From a bacterium (GTDB lineage Bacteria; Desulfobacterota; DSWW01), in assembly GCA_040756235.1 (NCBI GenBank), contig JBFLZG010000051.1:1-64000 (forward strand): a stretch of DNA of 64,000 bases. The letters are read 5' to 3'. The translations under genes were made by a program, and so were the position numbers. Below the pieces are notes generated by a model that was given only the letters and a program-made list of their open reading frames with translations, was not told the origin of the DNA and did not search any database. Below are positions 37,474 to 46,818 of the stretch, one piece after another; within the stretch, counting starts at the first letter, position 1, and each line of letters starts with the position of its first letter.

Positions 37474-38783
37474 GCCACTTGCGCCTGCCGGCGCATCGCT
37501 CTCGCGTCTCTGAACAGCCCCCTCCTGAAGATCAGGAGCGCGATCCCCAGGCCCGCTACGAAGATCAGCTCGGTCACCTCCTCCCAGACGATGTACCACA
37601 CCAGGTTTCCGCGGAAGGCATGGAACAAGACCATGCGGAAGACGCTGAAACCGAGGAAGCCCACCCCGGCCGACAAGCCGATCTTGGCCAGCGGAATCGG
37701 GTCCGGTCTGCTGAAGCGCAGCACGAGCAAGGCCGCTCCGAAGCACAGGATCGCGACCACAGGGGCGTAGCGGATCTCGAAGAGCTGAAAGAGCACCGGG
37801 TGTGAGTAATGATAGAGGACGCCCAGAATTCTCGTGTTGTAAGAGTCCGGATGGACACGGACGAGCAGTGGGAGGCAGGCAAGAAGGAGCAACGCGGTGC
37901 TCGCGAGCAGGAGCAAGCGGCGGGCGGCGCAGGGAGCTTCGCCGTGCTTCACGCAGGCCCCGCAGAGGTCGAGGGCCGTGCAGCGTTTCTGCTTCTCGCT
38001 CACATGGAGAAGTCTCGAGTCCGCCCCTTCGAGCAGGGCGTACGTGGTGAATCCGAATGCCAGGACCATGCCGTAGATGTGCAGATACTCGATGAGGTAG
38101 GAGTCCTCGCCAAAGAAGAGATAGTTGAGAGCGCAGAAACTCTCGCCCGCCAGGAAGAGAACCAGGGCCCATCGCAGAACGCGCAGGTCGACTTCCCTGC
38201 GCCGCCAGAGTACGACGATCAGGATGCAGGAGAGGAGCATGTACACGGGTTTCACGCCAAAGGCAGCGATCGAAGCCGACCCTTGGTCGAAAACCGAGAT
38301 CGCCTGAAAGGGGAAGCCCATGAGCTCGCCGGCCGCCTCGCGCAGGCGGCAGAAAGCGGCCGGGCAGGGCTGCTCCGAGGCGGCATACCAGGCGTCGAGA
38401 CCGCCCCGCACGCTCCATGCTTCGGCGCCCAAAGAGTCCCTGAGCCGCAAGGCTGCGGAGGCAGAGAGCAGGCCGCTGTTGCAGATCAGGAGGAGCTTGC
38501 GATTCCTGAACGCGTCCGGCAGGCCTCCTGCGGCTGTTGTTCCGGCTAGCTCGGCGTAGGGCCAGTTCGCTGCGCCCTCGAGATGGGAGGTGCGGTACGC
38601 TCCGGGCTCCCGTACGTCCACCAGGATCGGGGGCTGCGGAAGCGAGAGCAGCCGGCGCGCCTCGTCCGCGCCGAGCGTGGGCGCCCGGCCCACATGAATC
38701 CAGTACAAGATGACCGGCAGGGCCCCGGCGACCGCGGCGAAAACGATCACCAGCACCGGCACCCGCTTTGCGCTCAAGCCCAT
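37470..38783 (-). CDS. Rhodanese-domain integral membrane protein
   Basis: N-terminal TM; LVDVREP..Y...HLEGA, LICNSG..S, GGLDAW; then about 7 TM helices. Confidence 0.75.
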   Translation of the reverse strand: MGLSAKRVPVLVIVFAAVAGALPVILYWIHVGRAPTLGADEARRLLSLPQPPILVDVREPGAYRTSHLEGAANWPYAELAGTTAAGGLPDAFRNRKLLLICNSGLLSASAALRLRDSLGAEAWSVRGGLDAWYAASEQPCPAAFCRLREAAGELMGFPFQAISVFDQGSASIAAFGVKPVYMLLSCILIVVLWRRREVDLRVLRWALVLFLAGESFCALNYLFFGEDSYLIEYLHIYGMVLAFGFTTYALLEGADSRLLHVSEKQKRCTALDLCGACVKHGEAPCAARRLLLLASTALLLLACLPLLVRVHPDSYNTRILGVLYHYSHPVLFQLFEIRYAPVVAILCFGAALLVLRFSRPDPIPLAKIGLSAGVGFLGFSVFRMVLFHAFRGNLVWYIVWEEVTELIFVAGLGIALLIFRRGLFRDARAMRRQAQVA

Positions 38784-39880
38784 GACCCGCTCCTCTTCTC
38801 CGGACGGCTGGTCCCGGCCCGAGCCGGCTTCTTCTGACCTGTCCGACAGATCGCCGGCTGCTCACGGAACAACTCCGCGAACATGCCCAGGATGCGAAAG
38901 CCGTCGGTCAGGTGCCGATAAGAGCTGCAAGTGACGTGGGAGAGGGTTTTCGAGAGCAAGAGGCGGTGGTCACCTCTGCCGCCAGCTTGGAGCGCCGCCA
39001 TGATCCTCTCGGAGTGCTCGGGCGGAACCAGCGGGTCGTCCGCAGCATGCACGATGAGCACCCGCGCGGTGACGGCGGACAGCCTGTTCGCGGGCGAAAG
39101 GTGGGCCAGGTCCGGCAGGTCCCGAGTTGCGGCGGCGCGCATCGCAAGGATCCCCTCCCGGCTCTTCAGGGCGCGCTCGTAAAAGCCGCGCTTCCGTTCG
39201 ATTCGATCGTCTTCGCAGTAGGCCTCGAGCAGACCGACAAACTCCCGGCGCTCTTCTTCCGTGAGGGCCAGGTTCTCGAGAACGGGATAGGAGAGGACCA
39301 TGCGAAGCCAGACAAATCCGTCCCAGTCGGCCTCGGCCTGGGGCGCGCTCTCGTATCGATCGAGGTTGCTGATCCACAGCTCGCGGAGCGAATCATAGGG
39401 CCCGAAGAGCAGCAGCAGGTCGAAATCGCCTGCCCGCTCCGGTTCGGCGGCGGCTCGCAGTGCGAGGCCTGCTCCCACGCTGAAAGCGGCTACTGCGATC
39501 GATGTGCGGGTGCGAGCGCGAAGCTCTTCGACCGAGTCGAGGATGGCTCGCAGGTCGGATCTGTCGAAACGGCACGACTTGAGGCCCGGCAGGGAGACGG
39601 CCGCGGCCCGCAGACCCGACGCGGCCATGGCGCGCGCCAGCCGGACCAGGCGCGGGTCCTTCTCTCCTCTCAAGGTGATGCCGTGCAGGAGGACCACGGT
39701 CCGCCTGGGGGCGGAAGCCGGTTCGTAAAGATCGTACTCGACACCCGCAGCCGTCTTGCGGCGGGATTCCCGGATGCTGCAGCCGGCGCCTGGACGAGGT
39801 CTTCCGCTCATCCATCGGCCGAGAAGCGCAGCAGCCCGCAGGAGGGCAAAGAGTCTGTTCGCGATCCTGTCATGGGTCAT
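38774..39880 (-). CDS. Alpha/beta-hydrolase fold protein
   Basis: VVLLHG, nucleophile elbow AFSVGA, VLIVHAADDPLVP, LSH. Start uncertain. Confidence 0.65.
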   Translation of the reverse strand: MTHDRIANRLFALLRAAALLGRWMSGRPRPGAGCSIRESRRKTAAGVEYDLYEPASAPRRTVVLLHGITLRGEKDPRLVRLARAMAASGLRAAAVSLPGLKSCRFDRSDLRAILDSVEELRARTRTSIAVAAFSVGAGLALRAAAEPERAGDFDLLLLFGPYDSLRELWISNLDRYESAPQAEADWDGFVWLRMVLSYPVLENLALTEEERREFVGLLEAYCEDDRIERKRGFYERALKSREGILAMRAAATRDLPDLAHLSPANRLSAVTARVLIVHAADDPLVPPEHSERIMAALQAGGRGDHRLLLSKTLSHVTCSSYRHLTDGFRILGMFAELFREQPAICRTGQKKPARAGTSRPEKRSGSWA

Positions 39881-40139
39881 TCTGGCAGATGAAAGCCGTT
39901 GCCGGCGATGCGCGGCGGAATGGCCGAGCCCGCCGGACGATCGAGAACCCGAAGATGGGGATGTCGCTCCAGGGCAGACAGGATAAGAAGAGAAGGAGCC
40001 GCGTGTCAACGGCAACGGAGGTCGAAAAAGGCGCATGGCCCGATCGGTCGGCGGTGCGAAACCAAGCGGTCGCGGTGCCCGGGCTGACTGCCGGTGTGCC
40101 TCTCTCGTCATTGTGGCGCCCCGCTGATACAGGGTTCCA

Positions 40140-40168
40140 TTGACAGCCCCCGGACGTTCCACTAACCT
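40140..40168 (+). promoter_or_regulatory. Sigma-70-type promoter candidate
   Basis: TTGACA-N17-TAACCT upstream of the acetoacetate-CoA ligase gene. Confidence 0.5.
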
Positions 40169-40251
40169 AGTCCGACCTCTTACCTTACGTGCTGCAGAGT
40201 TGTTCGTTGTCCGCCGGTGGCACATTCATACTGCGCGATGGAGAAGAGAAG

Positions 40252-42219
40252 ATGAGTGAGCGAAGACCCCTGTGGCGACCCTCGGCGGAGCGGAAACGCG
40301 AGGCCAACCTGACCCGCTTCATCTCCTATGTGAACGAACGATACCGGAAGTCTTTCTCCGGCTACGACGAGATCTATCGATGGTCCGTCGACCAGATCCC
40401 GGACTTCTGGGCCGCCATGTGGGACTTTGCGGAGATCAAGGCGTCCCGCAGATACGACCAGGTGGTGGACGATCTCGGCCGGTTCCCGGGGGCGAAATGG
40501 TTCCCCGGTGCGAAGCTCAATTATGCCGAAAATCTCCTCAGGTACCGGGACGATCGGGTGGCCTTCGTCTTCAAGGGAGAAAACCGACAGACGAAGAGGA
40601 TGACCTACGCCGAGCTCTATCGATGCGTGTCCGCGTTGGCGGGCTCGCTGCGGCAGGCCGGGGTCGTTCCCGGCGACCGTGTCGTGGGCTACATGCCCAA
40701 CATGATCGAAACCGTTGCCGCCATGCTGGCGGCGACCGCCGTGGGCGCGGTCTGGTCTTCGTGCGCAACGGACATCGGCCCGCTGGCCGCCGCGGACCGG
40801 CTCGGGCAGGTCGAGCCCAAGGTGCTCTTCACCGTGGACGGCTACTACTACAAGGGGAAAGCTTTCAACTCGCTGCCGAACGCGGCCGAGCTCGCCCGGG
40901 CGCTCCCTTCTCTGAAGAAGGTCGTGGTCGCTTCCTACGTGCAGGCGAAGCCTGACATCGCCGGGATTCCCAACGCGGTCCTCTTCTATGATTTTCTCGC
41001 CGTGGAGCAGAAGGGCCCGTGCGCGTTCGAACAGCTTCCCTTCGACCACCCGGTCTTCATCATGTTCTCCTCCGGGACCACCGGCAAGCCCAAGTGCATG
41101 GTCCAGGGGGCGGGCGGCGTCCTGATCAACCACCTGAAGGAGCTCATCCTGCACACGGACCTCAAGCGGGAGGACACGATCTTCTACATCACGACGTGCA
41201 GCTGGATGATGTGGAACTGGCTGATGAGCTCTCTCGGCGTGGGGGCGACCATCGTTCTGTACGACGGCAACCCCAACTACCCGGATGCAGGGGCCATGTG
41301 GAGACTGGCCGAACAGGAAAAGGTCAGCGTCTTCGGGCTGAGCGCGAGCTACGTGAACTACCTGCGGAGCCAGGGCGTCAGGCCCGGCAAGGAGAACGAT
41401 CTCAGCGCCTTGAAGGAGATCTCCCAGACCGGCTCGCCGCTTTCGGCCGAGGGGTTCGAATACATCTACCGCGAGATCAAAGAGGACCTGCACTTCAATT
41501 CCATCGCAGGCGGCACCGATATCAACGGCTGCTTCGCCGCAGGCAGCCCGATCAGCCCCGTGTACGCGGGAGAGCTGCAGTCAGCCGGGCTGGCCATGAA
41601 GGTGAAAGCCTATGACGATGCCGGAAAGCCGGTGTTCGACCAGCAGGGCGAGCTGGTGTGCGAGGCGCCCAGCCCCTCGATGCCGCTGTACTTCTGGAAC
41701 GACCCGAACGGAGAGAGGTACCGGAGCGCCTACTTCGACAACTTCCCCGGGGTCTGGCGCCACGGCGACTACATCGTCATCCATAGCGACAGCGGAGGCA
41801 TCACCTTCTACGGCCGTTCCGATGCCGTGCTGAAACCCTCGGGCGTCCGCATCGGGACGGCCGAGATCTACAACGTGGTCGAGAAGCTCGAGGAAGTCGC
41901 CGACAGTCTGGCGATCGGGCAGAACTGGGAAGGGGACCAGCGTGTCCTGCTCTTCGTGAAGCTCGTCGAGGGTGTTACCCTCACCGAGGAATTGAAGAAC
42001 AAGATCCGCAAGGCCCTGCGCGAACAGGCTTCGCCCCGCCACGTCCCGGCCCTCATCCTCGAGATGCCGGGCGCCCCGTATACCTTGAACATGAAGAAGG
42101 TGGAGAGCGCGGTCACCAACATCATACACGACAGACCGGTGCAGAACCGGGACGCGCTGATGAATCCGGAGGTCCTGGACTACTTCGAGCAGGTCGTGCC
42201 CGAGCTCCGGAAGAGATAG
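40252..42219 (+). CDS. Acetoacetate--CoA ligase
   Basis: PLWRPS, WFPGAKLNYAENLL, FSSGTTGKPKCMV, WMMWNW, GGTDI, WRHGD, GRSDAVLKPSGVRIGTAEIY, SPRHVP. Confidence 0.95.
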   Translation: MSERRPLWRPSAERKREANLTRFISYVNERYRKSFSGYDEIYRWSVDQIPDFWAAMWDFAEIKASRRYDQVVDDLGRFPGAKWFPGAKLNYAENLLRYRDDRVAFVFKGENRQTKRMTYAELYRCVSALAGSLRQAGVVPGDRVVGYMPNMIETVAAMLAATAVGAVWSSCATDIGPLAAADRLGQVEPKVLFTVDGYYYKGKAFNSLPNAAELARALPSLKKVVVASYVQAKPDIAGIPNAVLFYDFLAVEQKGPCAFEQLPFDHPVFIMFSSGTTGKPKCMVQGAGGVLINHLKELILHTDLKREDTIFYITTCSWMMWNWLMSSLGVGATIVLYDGNPNYPDAGAMWRLAEQEKVSVFGLSASYVNYLRSQGVRPGKENDLSALKEISQTGSPLSAEGFEYIYREIKEDLHFNSIAGGTDINGCFAAGSPISPVYAGELQSAGLAMKVKAYDDAGKPVFDQQGELVCEAPSPSMPLYFWNDPNGERYRSAYFDNFPGVWRHGDYIVIHSDSGGITFYGRSDAVLKPSGVRIGTAEIYNVVEKLEEVADSLAIGQNWEGDQRVLLFVKLVEGVTLTEELKNKIRKALREQASPRHVPALILEMPGAPYTLNMKKVESAVTNIIHDRPVQNRDALMNPEVLDYFEQVVPELRKR

Positions 42220-42236
42220 CCAAGCCAGACTGCGGA

Positions 42237-42998
42237 TCAAATCGCCTGCGGCCGTGCCGCCGACACCCGTAAGAGCCGGCCCTTCTTTCCGGGCGTCGCG
42301 GACGCGGTTCCGGGTGTCTTCCCGACGTTCCTCGGCATGTTCTCATCCGGATCTTCGGCCTTTTCGCCCAGGAGGACCATGCCCCACCAGTTCACATGGG
42401 GGAAGTACCACGGAAACCGCAGCCTCTTCACGTGATGGATGCCCCCATCGCGCATGTGCTGAGCCATGCGGGCCGGCTCCAGGGTCGCGTTCCTCCAGAG
42501 CAGGGCGATCAGCTTGCCGATGAAGGTGCGGCGCGTAGTGATCACCAGAAGCCGTCCGCCCGGGCGCAGCACCCGGCAGCACTCTGCAATGCCCTTGTCA
42601 ACCTCGGGCAAGTACTCCATGGCGGCTGAGGAAACCACGAGGTCGAAGCTCGCGTTCCGAAAAGGCATCGCGCGCATGTCTCCCAGATAAAATTTCACCT
42701 GGTTCTCCAGATTCAGCCTCCGCAACCAGCGTTTCAAGGCGATCCACATCCCGAGGGAGAAGTCCAGGCCCGTAACGGTGAATCGCACCGGAGTCTCCCT
42801 CAGCAGGTTTGCAGTCAGGAATCCGCTGCCGATTCCGGCATCGAGGACCCTTGCTCCCCTGTCAAGACCGAGGTGCGGGTAATTCAAACGCGAAAAGTGC
42901 CTCAAAGAGGCCCGGTAGCCCAACAGAGTGAAAAAAAATTCATAAAACCAGGGTCCCACCTTGTCGAAGAATCCTCTCACCTGCGCAGCATCTTCCAT
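42237..42998 (-). CDS. Class I SAM-dependent methyltransferase
   Basis: VLDAGIGSG, GLDFS, GDMRAMPF..ASFDLV, RVLRPGG. Confidence 0.88.
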   Translation of the reverse strand: MEDAAQVRGFFDKVGPWFYEFFFTLLGYRASLRHFSRLNYPHLGLDRGARVLDAGIGSGFLTANLLRETPVRFTVTGLDFSLGMWIALKRWLRRLNLENQVKFYLGDMRAMPFRNASFDLVVSSAAMEYLPEVDKGIAECCRVLRPGGRLLVITTRRTFIGKLIALLWRNATLEPARMAQHMRDGGIHHVKRLRFPWYFPHVNWWGMVLLGEKAEDPDENMPRNVGKTPGTASATPGKKGRLLRVSAARPQAI

Positions 42999-43113
42999 CA
43001 GCCCCCCCTCTTGCATGCGGCAACAAGGCTGAAGCCGCATTCATTCCCCTGTGAGCCCCTTCCGGTCCGCTCCCCGCCTGCTGACCGGCCGGGGCGATCC
43101 GGTGCTGTCCGAA

Positions 43114-43833
43114 TCAGCTCGGCTTTCGTGCTCGAACGTAAACGGCTCTTGTGTAATCGGATGTGCTGTACCCGCTGGACCCGACGATTTGGACATCCAC
43201 CAGACCCTGTCTCTCAAGACCCTCCAGGTAGGACCTACCTGGTATCGCCCCGCTGATTCAGTTCGACCAGGCAAATTCATCATGGTGGAGGTCCGGAGGC
43301 AGATCCTTCACCAGGATCAGGTCAGCAGCCTGGAACCGTCCTCCCGGCCGCAGGACCCGCGCGACCTCGGCAAAGGCCGACTCCTTGCACGGCGACAGGT
43401 TGAGGACGCCGTTCGAAATGACCAGATCCGCCCACCCGGACTCCAGCGGCAGAGCTTCAGCGCAACCCTGGACGAAGACCAGGTTTGCCGATCTTCCGGC
43501 CCGGGCAGCGTTCAGCATTTCGGGACTCATGTCAACGCCGACCACCTGGCCCTTCGGTCCGATGTACTGAGCTGCCATGCGGGAGTCGAAGCCGACTCCG
43601 CAGCCGACATCGACGACGCGCCAACCGGATTGCGGCTCTCCCAGCAAGAAAGGGTTGCCGACGCCGACGAAACGATCCACCACATCCGCAGGTACGCGCC
43701 CCACGAGCTTGGCGGGATAGCCGAGCTGTTCCGCGCTCACCCGTCCCACCGGATACTTGAACTGCCCCACAGGCTGCCTCGCGACCTCTGCATACCGGCG
43801 GCGGATGGCGCTTTGAATCTGTTTCAGTTCCAT
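43114..43833 (-). CDS. ArsM-like SAM methyltransferase, predicted selenoprotein (UGA at 43258-43260)
   Basis: GVGNPF, VVDVGCGVGFD, GVDMSPEML, ISNGVLNL, RVLRPGG. The frame continues past TGA as WSN-U-ISGAIPGRSYLEGLERQGLVDV...RARKPS to a stop at 43114, matching the ArsM C-terminus W..CI.GA ... A.KP. Confidence 0.85.
43224..43242 (-). promoter_or_regulatory. SECIS-like hairpin
   Basis: CCAGGUAG-GUC-CUACCUGG, perfect 8-bp stem beginning 15 nt after the UGA, with an AGGUC apical sequence. Confidence 0.75.
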
Positions 43834-44232
43834 TGAGAGAAATCCTCGATCTATAGTTTTTGGATTACTTCATTATTACAGATTATGCAGCCAGTGAGAG
43901 CCTCCCTCAACTCCGACAAGAGATCGTCAAGTCTGTATCCCCTGATCGGCATCACGCATCACATAACCGAATCCTATTGGATCGGATCAGGGAAAGGGGA
44001 GCGCAATCGCCCCCTCCGGCTTTTCAATCAAACAAGAACGGAGACCCCGCGCCATATTTGCTGAGTCTGAGGGCTTTGTCGAGGAGGTCTCGCTGAGAAA
44101 TCCGTTATGAATAGAACCATTCAAATCGAGCGTCGATACGGACGATCGGCATTCGCCGAGTGAAAGCCCTAGAGAGTCGGGTTGACGGCCGCGGGTCTCG
44201 CACCAGCCCCCATGGGAGAAGGGAGAGGAGTG

Positions 44233-46251
44233 ATGAACCCGCCGAACGTGCCGAAGGCCTTCCTGCCGCTTGTCGTCACCTTGCTCACGCTGTTGCTGCC
44301 AGCCGGACCGGCCGCCGCATTTTGCGAGGACGCGGCCAGCTTCTGTCTCACCTATCCTGACGTCTGTACCAACCTCGGCCTGCCGATCTGTCACAAGGAG
44401 ATCACGGAGCACGGATTGTCTTTCATGCGTGAGCTTCTGCTCGAACGGACCGCGCACACGAACCTCCACATGGACCGCGAGCACGAGTGCCTGCTGTGGT
44501 CACACTCCGACGGGTGCGACTTCCACACGATGGGTCACACCGTCAACGATATCTACTCGAGCACCGTTCACTCGGACACCTATCTAGCCCTCTGTCCCGC
44601 CGACGGAACGCACACCGACACGCGGGGCGTCGTCGGTCTGCTCGACCCCGACGACCCTCGCCCGACGGATGCGGCGGCCGTCCTCGGGTACGCGCTGCAC
44701 CCGATCCAGGACATCTACTCCCACTCGAACTGGCTCGAGATCGCACGCTGGGTGGACGACCCGCCGATCATCGAACCCACGCTCGACCTTTGGGGGACCC
44801 TCCCGTGGACGCCGCTCGTTGTGCCGCAAGCCCTCCTCACTGTCCACGACGTCGACGCGATCGTGTTCGCCGAGGAAAACGGGTTTGACAGCAACTGGAG
44901 CGTGTCAGCCATCTACTTTCCGTCGTACTTTCTGCCCCGCATCGAGACGGGCGGGCCGACCTACCTGGGGGTCATGAGCGGATCGACGCACGGCTCGTTC
45001 TTCCAGGAGGAGGAGTGCGCCGAGGGCATGCGCCCCACCCACACCGAGCTCAACAAGGACAGCCCCTCCATGAGCACTGCGTACCACACAATCCCTGATG
45101 ACCACTATGATGCGGCCGAGCTCGCCACGCGCCAGACCTCGCACGAATGGTGCAGGATCCTGCACATCACGAAGCGCGTCCACGGCTTCGCTGGCGTGAG
45201 CGTCCCCATGGCGCTGTGGGTCCGTACCGACGCCCCGGAGCGCGATCCGGTTCCGATCGAAGCCGGAGACGTCGGGTCACCGCACCCGGAGAAAACGCCA
45301 TGCGCGGCCACCGCCCCCGGCCCCGTGGAACTCACCGTGCAGGTGGACGAGATCCATGTCCTGAACGACACCGACGCCGGCGACCCCGGCGAGCTCAACT
45401 TCGTTCTGGCTTTTTACACCCAGGATCTCACGCGCTCCGCGCGCGCCGAGGTGAACTCGCTCGCCGTCGCCGATGGCGACTACGTCGGGCGCGATGCCGC
45501 GCCCGGCCCGGTGACGCTCTGCTTGACCGAGGACCAGGCCAGTGCCGCCATCGCCACGGTGCAGGCCTGGGACGACGACTCCGGCGTCGCCGGAGAGCTC
45601 AACCCCGACGGCGACCAGGCGCTCCGCGGGGTGTCCACGGAGGTCTCGTTCTTGGCGCCGGGCGTCCAAGTCGCCTCCTCAGCGGACCTGGAAGTGATCT
45701 TCGACGTCCTGGAGACTGCGACCGACGCCGACCTGGACGGGCTCTACACCTGCGAAGAAGCCCAGCTCGGAACGGACCCGGCGGCTGCCGACAGCGATGA
45801 CGATGGACTCGCGGATGGTGCCGAGGTCGACGGTGGAACGGATCCGCTGAACCCGGACAGCGACGGCGACTCGGCGCTGGACGGCGCCGACAACTGCCCG
45901 ACCGTCGCGAACCCCGGACAGGAGGACTACGAGAATGACGCTGTGGGCGATGCCTGCGACACGGACGACGACAACGACGGGGTACCGGACGCGAGCGACG
46001 CCTTCCCGCATGGCAACCTGGATCCGACCGTGACGATCGCCGGATGCGAGAGCGGCGTGCCGAACCTGGGCTTCGCCGACGGGAGCACGTTCAACGACCT
46101 GATCGGCCAGTGCGCAGCCAATGCCACGAGCCACGGTTCCTTCGTGAGGTGCGTGTCGCGGCTGGCCGAGGGTTGGAAGAAGGCGAAGCTCGTCACCGGT
46201 CCACAGAAGGACGCGATCATCTCGTGTGCGTCGACGTCGGCCATCCCGTAG
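44233..46251 (+). CDS. Secreted protein: VWA7/Het-C-like N-domain, acidic beta domain, TSP3/Ca-binding repeats
   Basis: Signal peptide ending AAA-F; LHPIQDIYSHSNW, LNKDS; repeats DSDDDGLADGAE, DSDGD...DNCP, GDACDTDDDNDGVPD. Confidence 0.7.
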   Translation: MNPPNVPKAFLPLVVTLLTLLLPAGPAAAFCEDAASFCLTYPDVCTNLGLPICHKEITEHGLSFMRELLLERTAHTNLHMDREHECLLWSHSDGCDFHTMGHTVNDIYSSTVHSDTYLALCPADGTHTDTRGVVGLLDPDDPRPTDAAAVLGYALHPIQDIYSHSNWLEIARWVDDPPIIEPTLDLWGTLPWTPLVVPQALLTVHDVDAIVFAEENGFDSNWSVSAIYFPSYFLPRIETGGPTYLGVMSGSTHGSFFQEEECAEGMRPTHTELNKDSPSMSTAYHTIPDDHYDAAELATRQTSHEWCRILHITKRVHGFAGVSVPMALWVRTDAPERDPVPIEAGDVGSPHPEKTPCAATAPGPVELTVQVDEIHVLNDTDAGDPGELNFVLAFYTQDLTRSARAEVNSLAVADGDYVGRDAAPGPVTLCLTEDQASAAIATVQAWDDDSGVAGELNPDGDQALRGVSTEVSFLAPGVQVASSADLEVIFDVLETATDADLDGLYTCEEAQLGTDPAAADSDDDGLADGAEVDGGTDPLNPDSDGDSALDGADNCPTVANPGQEDYENDAVGDACDTDDDNDGVPDASDAFPHGNLDPTVTIAGCESGVPNLGFADGSTFNDLIGQCAANATSHGSFVRCVSRLAEGWKKAKLVTGPQKDAIISCASTSAIP

Positions 46252-46818
46252 CGGTATGCATGGCCTGCCCCTTTCCGATCCGTCCGCGCGCCGGCCACGA
46301 CCGGGCCTGCCGGGACCGAGCCGGCGCGCGGACGGACTCGCTCATGCAGTGCGCCGCCGAGGAGAATGGCCAGGGGGTTCCGTTTGCGATTGGGTCTCTC
46401 CGTTGGTGGTAGATGTGTTACCCAGCATCGCAGTATCTTGATTTCTTCTCTGGCTGATTCACATGGAGGTAGCCAATTGCAGTCTTACACTTCACCTAAT
46501 CGCCGACACCGAGCTACCTTGATCGTGGGAAACGCGAGGCATGCTTCGAGTAGATAAGAGTAATCGAAAAGTCGCCCGAAGCAGTTGGTGTGATCAATTT
46601 CGTACCAATTATATGAAATCGCTGGTTGCCATTCATGCGCGGGCATGCGGGGTGATCCGATCGGAGCCGAAGCACTGGCGACGTGAGGGCCACGCTGGAC
46701 CGGCAAATTGGTCACGAGTGGAGATTCAGGGAAAGGTATTGCTCACACATAAAGTATTATCCTACAATTGGATTGGGATCTGGAAGCCACATCATGGCAC
46801 TTAGAAGAGAATGACGAG

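Noticed and set aside
46260..46810. Short ORFs upstream of the sigma-54 activator (and at 43860-44096, 60850-61390)
   Set aside because: No recognisable motifs, RBS or codon pattern; treated as non-coding or decayed sequence.
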